64,000 nt of DNA from positions 1 to 64,000 of the forward strand of contig CAWGJT010000007.1 in NCBI GenBank assembly GCA_963822965.1, given 5' to 3'. Under the pieces are notes generated by a model. It made no database searches. It saw nothing but the letters and a program-made list of their open reading frames with translations, and had not been told where the DNA came from. Of the stretch, positions 28,029 through 36,955 are shown in pieces. The DNA comes from an uncultured delta proteobacterium. GTDB taxonomy: Bacteria > Myxococcota_A > UBA9160 > UBA4427. The position numbers were made by a program, and so were the translations under genes. Each line of letters opens with the position of its first letter. Position 1 is the stretch's first letter.

Positions 28029-29453
28029 CGAGCGTGCGCCCGAAGACGCGGATCGGCCGGCCCGCACTGCTGCTGGGCGGACTGCTGCTCGTGCTCGGCT
28101 GCGGAGACTCGCGCCCCTCTCCGGAGGAAGCGTCGACGGCGGTACCGCCTGCGCCGGAGGCCGGAACGTGGAGCCCGTCGCAGATCGCGCTCCTCGAGTC
28201 GCTCGGCCTCGGGGCGCTGCCGCCTCCGCCCGCGAGCCCGTCCAACCGCGTGGCCGACGATCCCGCGGCCGCCGAGCTGGGGCATCACCTCTTCTTCGCT
28301 CCGGGGCTCTCGCGCGACGGCAGTGTCTCCTGCGCCACCTGCCACGCCGCCGACCGCTTCTTCACCGACGGTCGCACCACGTCACGCGGGCTCGCCGACA
28401 CGAGCCGCAACGCACCGACGGTGGTGGCGAGCGGCTACTCGGCGTGGCAGTTCTGGGACGGACGTCGGGACAGCCTCTGGGCCCAGGCGCTGGCCCCCCT
28501 GGAGAGCGCGGCCGAGATGGGGAGCACCCGCGTGGCCGTGGTGCGCCGCGTGGTCGGCGATCCCCGTCTGGCGGCGCTCTACGAGCGGGCCTTTGGCGCC
28601 GTTCCGGTGCTCGACGGGCATCCACGAGACCCGGCGACGCGCCTCCCCGAGCGCGCGGGTCCCTTCGGCGACCGCAGCGAGCAGGACGCCTGGTATCGGA
28701 TGTCCGCCGCCGACCGCAAGACGATCGACACCGCGTTCGCGAACGTCGGCAAGGCGATCGCGGCCTACGAGCGGCTCCTGGTCCCGGCTCCGTCCCGCTT
28801 CGATCGCTGGGTCGACGCGCTGCGCACGGGTCGGCCCACCGCGCCGGACTCGAGGCTGAGCGCGGAGGAGACCCGTGGACTGCGCCTCTTCCTGGACGTC
28901 GAGCGCACGCTCTGCCTGCGTTGCCACAACGGTCCCCTGTTCACCAACCACGTCTTCCACGACGTCGGGACCGGGGCGGGCGAGGGCGGGCTACCGGACT
29001 TCGGGCGCTTCCTGGGCCTCCAGGCGGTGCTCATCGATCCCTTCAACTGCCTCGGCTCCTGACAGCGACGCACTCCCCCGCGACTGTACGGAGCTGCGCT
29101 TCCTCGACAAGAGTCATGCCGAAGGCGAAGTGGGCCGCTTCAAGACGCCCACCCTGCGCGGTCTCCCCCGCACGGCGCCCTACATGCACGACGGTCGCTT
29201 CGCGACCCTGGAAGAGGTGATCGATCACTACCGCACCCCGCCCGCCGGCCCCGGGCGGATCGAGATCACCCCGCTCGACCTCGACGACGAGGAGGCGCAG
29301 GCCCTGGTCGCCTTCCTGCGGAGCCTCGACGGCGGAGTCGCTGCGGACGAAGCCTGGCTGCGCCCGCCCGCGGCGCCTGGGCCCGGAACCACATCGCCCC
29401 TCGGCTTCGAAGACCGATCCGAGCATGCAAGCGCTGACACGGGGCTGCGGTAG
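28025..29453 (+). CDS. Di-heme cytochrome c peroxidase (bCcP/MauG family), frameshifted near 29061
   Basis: GTGA overlap with upstream stop; lipobox VLGC; SCATCH, RNAPT, QFWDGR, CLRCH; continues in another frame with FKTPTLR..APYMHDG. Confidence 0.88.
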
Positions 29454-29492
29454 CGGGTCGGACGGAGGCGCGTTGGAGGACGGGCGCGGCTG

Positions 29493-30656
29493 CTACGCCT
29501 GCGTCTCGTGCCGCACGGGCGCGTCGAAGATCTCGCGACCGAAACGACTGCGCGCGATGAGCAGCTTCATCACCTCCTCGCTCCCGTCGCCGATCTGCCA
29601 GCCGATGATGTCGCGCAGCCGCTGCTGGTGGGGCAGCTCCTTGCTGTAGCCGTAGTGTCCGTGGAAACGCAGGCAGCGGTGAACCGCCTCGGCCGCCTTC
29701 TTCGGCGCATACCACTTCACCATGGCGCCATGGTCCTGGCACGGAACGCCCCGCTCGCGCATCCACAGCACGCGGTAGCACTGCATGCGCGCGAGCTCGA
29801 GGCAGGTCAGGTCCTCGGCGATGCCGAAGGAGACGGCCTGATTGGAGGCCAGTGGCGAGCCGAAGACCATCCGGTGCTTGGTGTACGCGATGGTCTCGTC
29901 GATCGACTGCATCGCCGCACCGATGCACTTCAGCCCGATGATCGCCCGGTTGATGTCGAAGAACTGGCTGATCATCGCGAAGGCCGCGCCTTCGGGTCCC
30001 ACCATCCAGTCGGCCTCGACGGCGACGTCCGCCAGGGTGAGCGTGCCGCGTGGGACGGCCCTGCAGCCGAGGTCGTCCCACTCCTCGAAGGAGAGCCCCT
30101 TTGTCTCGCGCGGGATGAGGAAGGCCGAGATGCCGCGCCAGCCCTTCGACGTCGGGTCGGTCCGGGCGAACACGTAGAAGACGTCGGCATTGAGGAAGCT
30201 GACCGAGTTCTTGATGCCGTTCAGCTTGAAGCCACCCGCGGTGCGCTCTGCCGTGGTCGACATCGCGGCCATGTCCGAGCCCGCCCCCGGCTCGGTGAGG
30301 CAGAGGCCGATCACCTGCTCGCCCGTCGCGAGCCCCGGAAGCCAACGCTCCATCACCTCGCTGTTCGCCTCGCTGATGAAGTGACGCGTGTAGCTCGGGC
30401 CGAGGCTCATCAGGACGGCGTTGAAGTCGCCCCGCGCGATCTCCTCGGCGGTGATGCCCACCGTGATCAGATCGCGTTCGGCCTCGCGCCCAGCGAAGAA
30501 GTCGCGGCCGTAGGCGAGCACGCGCTTCACCTGCTCGCCCGGATAGATCTGCTGCGCGTCGCCCGTCAGATAGCGGGGAAGGAGCTCCTCGAGGGCGATC
30601 TTCCGCAGCCCGGCGCGGTACGCCTCCTGCGTCGGCGTGAACGAGAAGTCGAGCAC
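29493..30656 (-). CDS. Acyl-CoA dehydrogenase
   Basis: LCLTEPGAGSD, LNGIKNSVS, GISAFLIP, FHGHYGYSKE..QRLRD..IGDGSEEVMK. Confidence 0.93.
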   Translation of the reverse strand: MLDFSFTPTQEAYRAGLRKIALEELLPRYLTGDAQQIYPGEQVKRVLAYGRDFFAGREAERDLITVGITAEEIARGDFNAVLMSLGPSYTRHFISEANSEVMERWLPGLATGEQVIGLCLTEPGAGSDMAAMSTTAERTAGGFKLNGIKNSVSFLNADVFYVFARTDPTSKGWRGISAFLIPRETKGLSFEEWDDLGCRAVPRGTLTLADVAVEADWMVGPEGAAFAMISQFFDINRAIIGLKCIGAAMQSIDETIAYTKHRMVFGSPLASNQAVSFGIAEDLTCLELARMQCYRVLWMRERGVPCQDHGAMVKWYAPKKAAEAVHRCLRFHGHYGYSKELPHQQRLRDIIGWQIGDGSEEVMKLLIARSRFGREIFDAPVRHETQA

Positions 30657-30659
30657 CGC

Positions 30660-31436
30660 CTAGGCCTGTCCCGCCGAGCCCGACTCGATCTCGGCTCGGT
30701 AGCGAGCGCCCTCGGCATAGCGTCCGATGGTCTTCACGATCTGCTTCATCGAGAGCTCCGCCGCCCACTCGTAGTCGTCCGCCGTGAGCTTCTCGAGGCC
30801 GTCGAGCAGAAGGGTGGTCTTCGCGCTGAGCCCCTCGCGGTCGGCAGAGAGCAAGTGGTTGTGCTGGGTCGCGATCTCGAGGTGGGTGTCTTCCTCGTCG
30901 AGGATGCGGCGCAGCTGCGTGAGCAGCGGATCCTTCAAGGCGGGCTCGAGGTCCGACGCCGCGATCGCGTCGAGCACGGCGCCGTAGTAGAGGCCGACCA
31001 TGATCTCGTAGCCGAACGTCGTCGTGAGGTAGAGGTTCAGCTTCGAGTAGGCGCCCCGCTCCTTCAGGTGATCGCGGTTCTGTTGCAGCACGGTGACGTA
31101 GTACTCGCGCCCGAAGAGGCGGTCTGCCCAGCGGTATCGGCCGTCGTCGAAGAACTCGGGAAAGAGCTCGCGCGCGAGGTCGAGGGTGAGCTGCTTGTGT
31201 CCGGCCTCTTCGAGCTGCTGGCGCTCGATGTCGTGGATGAGCCGCGCGATCTCCTCCTCGCGGATCGACGCGACCCCCGCTTCGCCCATCGCCTCGCCCT
31301 CGCTCACGCTCATCAGGAAGTACGCGAGCAGGAAGCGATCGTGGATCTTCTCCTGGATGCCCTTCACCACCTGCGGCTCGTCCATGTAGTGCGCGTACTT
31401 GGCGCGGGTCGCTTCCTCGGAGAGCGCGATCGTCAT
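30660..31436 (-). CDS. Ferritin-like (putative diiron) protein
   Basis: SEGE...LEEAGH...GYE...DEEDTH carboxylate/His pattern. Confidence 0.65.
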   Translation of the reverse strand: MTIALSEEATRAKYAHYMDEPQVVKGIQEKIHDRFLLAYFLMSVSEGEAMGEAGVASIREEEIARLIHDIERQQLEEAGHKQLTLDLARELFPEFFDDGRYRWADRLFGREYYVTVLQQNRDHLKERGAYSKLNLYLTTTFGYEIMVGLYYGAVLDAIAASDLEPALKDPLLTQLRRILDEEDTHLEIATQHNHLLSADREGLSAKTTLLLDGLEKLTADDYEWAAELSMKQIVKTIGRYAEGARYRAEIESGSAGQA

Positions 31437-31449
31437 GGCTTCGTCCTCC

Positions 31450-32076
31450 TCATTTCTTCTTTTCGAGCGAGAGACCGCGGTCGACGAGGTCGTCCATGGT
31501 GTCGAGGATCTTCTCGAGGGGGTAGTCGCGCCGCCCGGACAGCTCGCGGATCACGAGCAGGTTGCCGAGGTGGTACATCAGGTAGGCGACCCGCTCGGGG
31601 TCGATCCGGCGGATCGCGCGAGCCTCGATGCCCGCGCGGAGCACCTCGGCGAGCAGGCGGATGATCTCGGCCTCCTGCCGTCGCATGGCTTCGGCGGCGA
31701 TGGCCTCGATCCGCATCTCGTCGTCCTGCGATGCGGCGCCGAGCAGGATTGGACTCTGCGCATAGACCTCGACCGTGATCTCGACGATGCGGCGCAGCTT
31801 CGCCCGGGCATGGCCGGGCGCGGTGATGCAGGCGCGCAGGTCGCCGACGAAGTCCCGGGTCGAGCGCTCGAGCAGGGACCGATAGAGGGCGTCCTTGCTC
31901 GCAAAGTGCTTGTAGGCCGTGGCGCGCGAGTAGCCCGCGTCGCGGGCGACCTCCTCCATCGTCGTCTTGCGTGGGCCGAAGCGCGCGTAGCGGCGTGCGG
32001 CGGCGTCGAGCAGCGCGGTCCGGGTGTGGCTATCACCACCGAGGGCCGCCTCGGGCTGAGGCGCGGCGCGAGTCAT
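31450..32076 (-). CDS. TetR/AcrR family regulator
   Basis: LLDAAARRYARFGPRKTTMEEVARDAGYSRATAYKHFASKDAL. Confidence 0.92.
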   Translation of the reverse strand: MTRAAPQPEAALGGDSHTRTALLDAAARRYARFGPRKTTMEEVARDAGYSRATAYKHFASKDALYRSLLERSTRDFVGDLRACITAPGHARAKLRRIVEITVEVYAQSPILLGAASQDDEMRIEAIAAEAMRRQEAEIIRLLAEVLRAGIEARAIRRIDPERVAYLMYHLGNLLVIRELSGRRDYPLEKILDTMDDLVDRGLSLEKKK

Positions 32077-32455
32077 GGCTGACGAATAGACGAGTAGAGT
32101 CAATTTGTCTACCTCCGGCCACGGGCCATCCGATCGGGCTCGTCCGGGCGGAGCCGCCGACGCCACGGGAGGGCCGGCAGCGGGAGCCGGCACGCGGCTC
32201 GCGGCTGCCTGCGCTGCCGGTCCGGGTACGCCACCGGGGTGTGGGGCGCGACGTCCCATCGACCCCGCATTCCCGTCACACCCACACGCCATCGCGTCCG
32301 CAGGAACGCGCTGCGCGCGCCGCTCGGCCCCGGCACTACGCTTGCATCGCACGTCCGGCGTGAGAACGTGGTGTTCGTCGCTCTGTCGGGTCGCCGCCGC
32401 GGGCGCGGGCTGGCCGATCGCGCTGGCCGCCGAGATCTGGCCCCGCTGGCCGGTT

Positions 32456-32670
32456 GCGCAGGAGATTCACGAGGACGCGGGGATGCCGGCGGCGGAGTTC
32501 GCGATCGATCCGGGCGTCGCTCACACCGTGACCAGCGCGACGAGCGCGGACGTGCAGGACTTCCTGGCAGAGGCGCTGCCGGAGCCCGACACCGCGACGA
32601 GCGGGCTCGCGGCGCTGGCTGTCGTCATCGTCCTGACGTGTCGTCGACGCCGCCGGAGCCGATCCCGTAG
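32456..32670 (+). pseudogene. C-terminal remnant of a PEP-CTERM protein
   Basis: ..PGVAHTVTSATSADVQDFLAEALPEPDTATSGLAALAVVIVLTCRRRRR; no plausible start or signal peptide. Confidence 0.5.
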
Positions 32671-32794
32671 GTCGGCAGCGAGCACTTGGGCCACGAGCTC
32701 CCAATCCTCGAGACCTGGGGTCACGGGCCACGGTCTTCCACATGTGCACGCCTTGCGACGGGTGAAGGGGCAGCCAAGAGGGGAGGGGTGTTCG

Positions 32795-33454
32795 ATGATG
32801 CGATTCGGTTTGGGAGGGCACTTGCGTCTGATCGTATTGTTGCTGTGCGCGGCGCTGGGTGGCGCGTGCGCAATCGGTCCGGCGTACGACCCGCAGCTGC
32901 GTGCGGAGGATTCGGGGGTAGACGCGCGGGGAAAGCAGGTCGTGGTGACGGGGTTCTACAAGGCGGTGTCCGAGCTGTCCTATCTCGGTGACCTCGATAT
33001 CTCGATCATCATGGAGAGCGCGAGGCTCCGGGACATCTCCTACCAGGTGGCGAACCACCTGAAGCGAGCGGGGATCTCCGCCGAGGCGAGGAAGGACGCC
33101 CCGGCCAGCTCCCTCCGGAAGGGCGAGGTGATGTTGACCGGCTCGCTCGTCACCCGCTCCATCCCGATGGAGGAGAACTTTCCCTTCCCCGGGATGATGG
33201 TGGTCCTGTTGATCGGGAACGTGCTGCCGAGCCCCTATCCCTACGTTTCGGGCGTCGACGCCGCCTATCGCTATGAGCTGATCGATGACTCGGGTCGCAT
33301 CCTGTTCGCGTCTCCCGAAAAGAAGACGCGGATCTACTATCGTGACTTCTGGATCTGGGGCCGGATCTTCTTCGCGAAGGGCTACGAGCGGGACATCAAC
33401 GATCAGCTCGAGGAGCAGGTCTTCGAGCTGATCGTCGCCGATCTGTTCCAATAG
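32795..33454 (+). CDS. Hypothetical lipoprotein
   Basis: GGAGG RBS; hydrophobic leader ending LGGAC. Confidence 0.7.
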   Translation: MMRFGLGGHLRLIVLLLCAALGGACAIGPAYDPQLRAEDSGVDARGKQVVVTGFYKAVSELSYLGDLDISIIMESARLRDISYQVANHLKRAGISAEARKDAPASSLRKGEVMLTGSLVTRSIPMEENFPFPGMMVVLLIGNVLPSPYPYVSGVDAAYRYELIDDSGRILFASPEKKTRIYYRDFWIWGRIFFAKGYERDINDQLEEQVFELIVADLFQ

Positions 33455-33646
33455 CCGCGAAGGCATGGCCACGGCGAAGCTCGCCCATCGGAAGCGACCG
33501 GGCGGCCGTCGTGGCGCGCGAAGAAGGGGCTCCCGATGGGACAGGAAGAGTTCCGGCGAACCGTCGGTCCCGCAAACATCGAGGCCGCTTGGCTCGGTTG
33601 CGCGCGCCCATGCGGCGACGCGCGTCGCCATGGAGGAGGAGGGACG

Positions 33647-34249
33647 ATGAGCGAATTCGTGAAGCGAGCGGGCCTCGGGCTGGCATTGGCGTGGCTCTGG
33701 GTCGGGTGTGCGGGAATCCAGCTGAGCTACGAGCGTCCGGCTGCGGCTGAGGATCGATACGGGCCAGTCGAGGTCGTGCTCGAGGATGCGAGAGTCGCCG
33801 GCAAAGGAGGCGGCGAGCCGTACGTGGTCGGACAACTACGCAACGCGTTCGGCATGCCGTTCGACGTCGAGGCGGCGCCCGATCGGGAGCCCAGCAAGGT
33901 GGTCCGGGAGCTGATCTCCGAGTGTCTGCGGGCGTCCGGCTTCCGGGTCGTCGACGCGTCCAGCGGGGCGCCGCAGCTCTTCGCCCGCCTCGACCAGTTC
34001 TGGAGCGACGGCTACCAGCACAATCGTCTCTGGCTCGATCTGCACCTCGAGCTGCGCCCGGCCACGGGAGGGCGTCCGGTGTGGAGCGACGTGATGAACG
34101 TCAACGAGGGCTGGACGGCGAAGACCGCGGGCTTCAGCCAGATGAACAGCGGCTATCGCAAGCTGCTCGAGAGCGCCCGGGACGACCTGCTGCTGCGCTT
34201 CCAGGACCGGGAGTTCCGCCGGCAGTACGCGTTGCTTCGGAGTCCCTAG
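33647..34249 (+). CDS. Hypothetical lipoprotein (YajG-like)
   Basis: GGAGGAGG RBS; lipobox WVGC; VVLEDAR..VVGQLRNAFGMP. Confidence 0.7.
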   Translation: MSEFVKRAGLGLALAWLWVGCAGIQLSYERPAAAEDRYGPVEVVLEDARVAGKGGGEPYVVGQLRNAFGMPFDVEAAPDREPSKVVRELISECLRASGFRVVDASSGAPQLFARLDQFWSDGYQHNRLWLDLHLELRPATGGRPVWSDVMNVNEGWTAKTAGFSQMNSGYRKLLESARDDLLLRFQDREFRRQYALLRSP

Positions 34250-34263
34250 GACGAGACGTATTT

Positions 34264-34423
34264 GTGTGGAAGCTCGGGTCGCCCTCGACCCCCATCGTGT
34301 AGCCGTGGTGGAGGGGCCATTCGGGGTCGAGGCCCCGGCCGGCGATCCAGCCACGTCGAGCTCGAGCACGGGCTCCGCCCGGCCCAGGGCCCGGGCGGTC
34401 CAAGTGGACTTCTGGCCTGCGAT
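34264..34423 (-). pseudogene. Fragment of DapB-like gene (C-terminal part)
   Basis: Aligns to 35780-35940 with 10 substitutions and 1 deletion by manual count. Confidence 0.9.
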
Positions 34424-34532
34424 GTAGTCCGTGCGTCGCTACCGGGAGCTACGATCTTCACCTGAAGGTCCTGCGCCGGTGCCGAGCTCCTGGGCACCGA
34501 GCGGGCACCTGGCATTGGAAGGGAGGCTCTGA

Positions 34533-35429
34533 ATGATCGACCTGACCACGCTTCACTTCGGTCCGCGCAGGTTCATCCGCGAGACGCGCGAGCGCTTGCT
34601 GGGCCTGCGCTTCGAGCACTTCGAGGCGGTGCTCCAGGCGCCCTGCCTGGGAGCCGAGATCCGCGGTCTGGACCTGCGCGAGCCCCTGTCGGACGCGCAG
34701 AGAGACGAGCTCGAGCGGGCGCTGGTGGAGTTCAAGGTGCTCTTCTTCCGCGCGCAGCCGGTCACGCCCGAGCAGCAGGCCGACTTCGCCCGGAACTTCG
34801 GCGAGCTCGAGATCCACCCCTTCATCCCGGACGACGGCGAGCACCCGGAGGTCGCGCACTTCCGCAAGGACGAGGAGGTGGTGGGGGTCGAGAACGTCTG
34901 GCACAGCGACGTATCCTGGCGACGGATCCCCTCGCTGGGCTCGGTGCTGCACGCGCGGACGGTGCCGCCGGTGGGCGGAGACACGATGTGGTGCGACATG
35001 GAGGCCGTCTATACCGGGCTTCCCGACGAGCTCAAGGCGGAGATCGAGGGCCGCTACGCGATCCACGACTTCGTGAACACCTTCGGCCACCTGCTGTCGC
35101 CGGAGCAGAGGGAGGAGCGGCGCAAGGAGTTCCCTCCGGCCGCCCACCCGATCGTCCGCACCCATCCTCGATCGGGGCGCAAGTGCCTCTACGTGAACGC
35201 GGTCTTCACGTCCCACATCGACGGTCTGGACGAGGCCGACAGCGACGTGCTGCTCTCCGAGCTCTACCAGCATTCACGGGTGCCCGAGTACCAGGTGCGC
35301 TTCCGCTGGGAGCCCGACAGCATCGCCTTCTGGGACAACCGCTCGACCCAGCACTACGCGATCAGCGACTACTGGCCGCTAGCGCGCGTGATGGACCGCA
35401 TCACCATCGTCGGGGACGAGCCTCGCTAG
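34533..35429 (+). CDS. TauD/TfdA family 2-oxoglutarate dioxygenase
   Basis: GAEIRGLDL, WHSDVSW, GGDTMW, HPIVRTHP, FWDNRSTQHYA. Confidence 0.93.
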   Translation: MIDLTTLHFGPRRFIRETRERLLGLRFEHFEAVLQAPCLGAEIRGLDLREPLSDAQRDELERALVEFKVLFFRAQPVTPEQQADFARNFGELEIHPFIPDDGEHPEVAHFRKDEEVVGVENVWHSDVSWRRIPSLGSVLHARTVPPVGGDTMWCDMEAVYTGLPDELKAEIEGRYAIHDFVNTFGHLLSPEQREERRKEFPPAAHPIVRTHPRSGRKCLYVNAVFTSHIDGLDEADSDVLLSELYQHSRVPEYQVRFRWEPDSIAFWDNRSTQHYAISDYWPLARVMDRITIVGDEPR

Positions 35430-35436
35430 GCGCGCT

Positions 35437-35507
35437 CAGCGCCCAGCAGCGGGAAGGCCGACGCCCTCGACAGGAGCCCGGATGAGGCCACGGGGCCAGG
35501 GTAGTTC
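35437..35507 (-). pseudogene. 5' remnant of a potassium-channel paralogue
   Basis: Matches 15211-15280; VASSGLLSRASAFPLLGA vs VTSSGFLSRMSAFPLLGA. Confidence 0.7.
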
Positions 35508-35514
35508 CTGGCGT

Positions 35515-35598
35515 CGGGCTCGGATCGCGGCACGGACCGGAGCAAGACGAGCGATTCGGCAGGCATTGGGAGTTGCGCCGTGATCCGCATGACGGCTC
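35515..35598 (-). repeat. Dispersed MITE-like repeat starting at a CTAG stop codon
   Basis: Reverse complement reads CTAG-GAGCCGTCATGCGGATCACGGCGCAACTCCCAATGCC.., similar to 20894-20973. Confidence 0.65.
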
Positions 35599-36642
35599 CT
35601 AGCCCTGGGGCGTCCAGCGCCCCGTGATCAGGGGCAGGTCTGCGTAGGTGCGGATGCCGGGCGCGGCGGCGCACACGGCCGGGATCGCGGCCACCACCGG
35701 CATGGAGGTGACGGTGTTCGCCATGTCGACGTAGTCCTCGAGACCGGCGCCCCGCTTCGCGGGCGTGAAGCGTACCCGGGTGTGGACGTTCGGGTCACCC
35801 TCGACCTCCATCGTGTAGCCGTGGTGGATGGGCCATTCCGGGTCGAGGCCCCGGCCGGCGATCCAGCACACGTCGAGCTCGAGCACGGGCTCCTCCTGGC
35901 CCAGGGCCCGGGCGGTCCAGGTGGACTTCTGGCCGGCGATCGTGCCGGCGGGCATCCGGAACCCGAAGTACTCCCGGTCCTCGGGCGTGATCGCCCACTC
36001 GCAGTCGAAGCGTCGCTCGGCCACGGGCACGCCCAGCATCTCCGCCATCACGTCGAGGCACTCGTCGTAGAAGCCGAGCACCTGGCGGCTGGCCTCCAGC
36101 CACTTCGGGTCGGGTGTCTGCCCCCATCCCAGGTTCGCGTAGTTGTGGATGGCCTGGTACGTGGAGACGTCCACGGACTCGAGGAAGCGCACCCGGCGGA
36201 AGCCGTGACTCACCGTGGCCATCTGGGCGGCGATGTAGTTCGCGAAGCCCGGGAAGATCCCGGAGCCGAAGAGGCTCGCGCCGCCCGCCGCGGCGGCCTT
36301 CTCGACGCGGGCCCGCGCCTCCTCGCCCCACGACCGGCAGTTCGTGAGGTTGCTCGCCGCGACGTCGAGCCCCGCCTCGAGGAGCCGGCAGATCTCGTCG
36401 ACGTCGGGATGATTCGGCGTGTAGCAGACGCAGTCGGCGCCGAGGGCGACGAGCGCATCCACGTCGTGGGTGGCGGTGACGCCGAGGCGCCCCAGGCCGC
36501 ACAGCTCGCCGACGTCGCACCCCTCCTTCTCGGGGCTCCAGGCGTAGGCGCCGACCAGCTCGAGCTCCGGGTGCGCGAGGATGGCCTTGACCGCCTCCCG
36601 ACCCACGTGGCCGGTCGTCCATTGGATCACTCGAATCGTCAT
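35599..36642 (-). CDS. Dihydrodipicolinate-reductase-like (DapB-like) NAD(P)-dependent dehydrogenase
   Basis: IRVIQWTTGHVG, LELVG, KEGCDVGELCG, SLFGSGIFPG, IPAVCAAAPGIRTYADLP. Confidence 0.85.
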   Translation of the reverse strand: MTIRVIQWTTGHVGREAVKAILAHPELELVGAYAWSPEKEGCDVGELCGLGRLGVTATHDVDALVALGADCVCYTPNHPDVDEICRLLEAGLDVAASNLTNCRSWGEEARARVEKAAAAGGASLFGSGIFPGFANYIAAQMATVSHGFRRVRFLESVDVSTYQAIHNYANLGWGQTPDPKWLEASRQVLGFYDECLDVMAEMLGVPVAERRFDCEWAITPEDREYFGFRMPAGTIAGQKSTWTARALGQEEPVLELDVCWIAGRGLDPEWPIHHGYTMEVEGDPNVHTRVRFTPAKRGAGLEDYVDMANTVTSMPVVAAIPAVCAAAPGIRTYADLPLITGRWTPQG

Positions 36643-36955
36643 GCAGGAGCTCCCGTGGCGAACACGAGGTATCGCGCGACTCTAGTCGAGCCGGCCGGGG
36701 CTGGCAGCGGCCCCGGGCGGTGGCCCCTGCGTGGAGTTGCGGGTTGGGCCGACTCGATCGAACGGTGAAGCGGTACGCACCGCGGTGGCCCCGCCCGCCT
36801 CGTAGCTCCGCAGGTACTTCGCCGCTGCAACGCTGCGATCATCAGACCGTAGACGTCGCCACGTCCCCAGCTGGATTTCGACGAGCGCGGCGACTGGGAC
36901 GTGTGTCACAGATCGGGCATCATGAGGCGCGCAGCGGCGGGAAGGAGGAGGCAGC

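Noticed and set aside
29060..29062. Selenocysteine or read-through TGA in the peroxidase gene
   Set aside because: The conserved continuation is in a different frame; removing one base gives ..GSYSD.., so this is an indel rather than recoding
34264..35940. Diversity-generating retroelement TR/VR pair
   Set aside because: Mismatches are not confined to adenines, several are synonymous, there is an indel, and no reverse transcriptase is in the window
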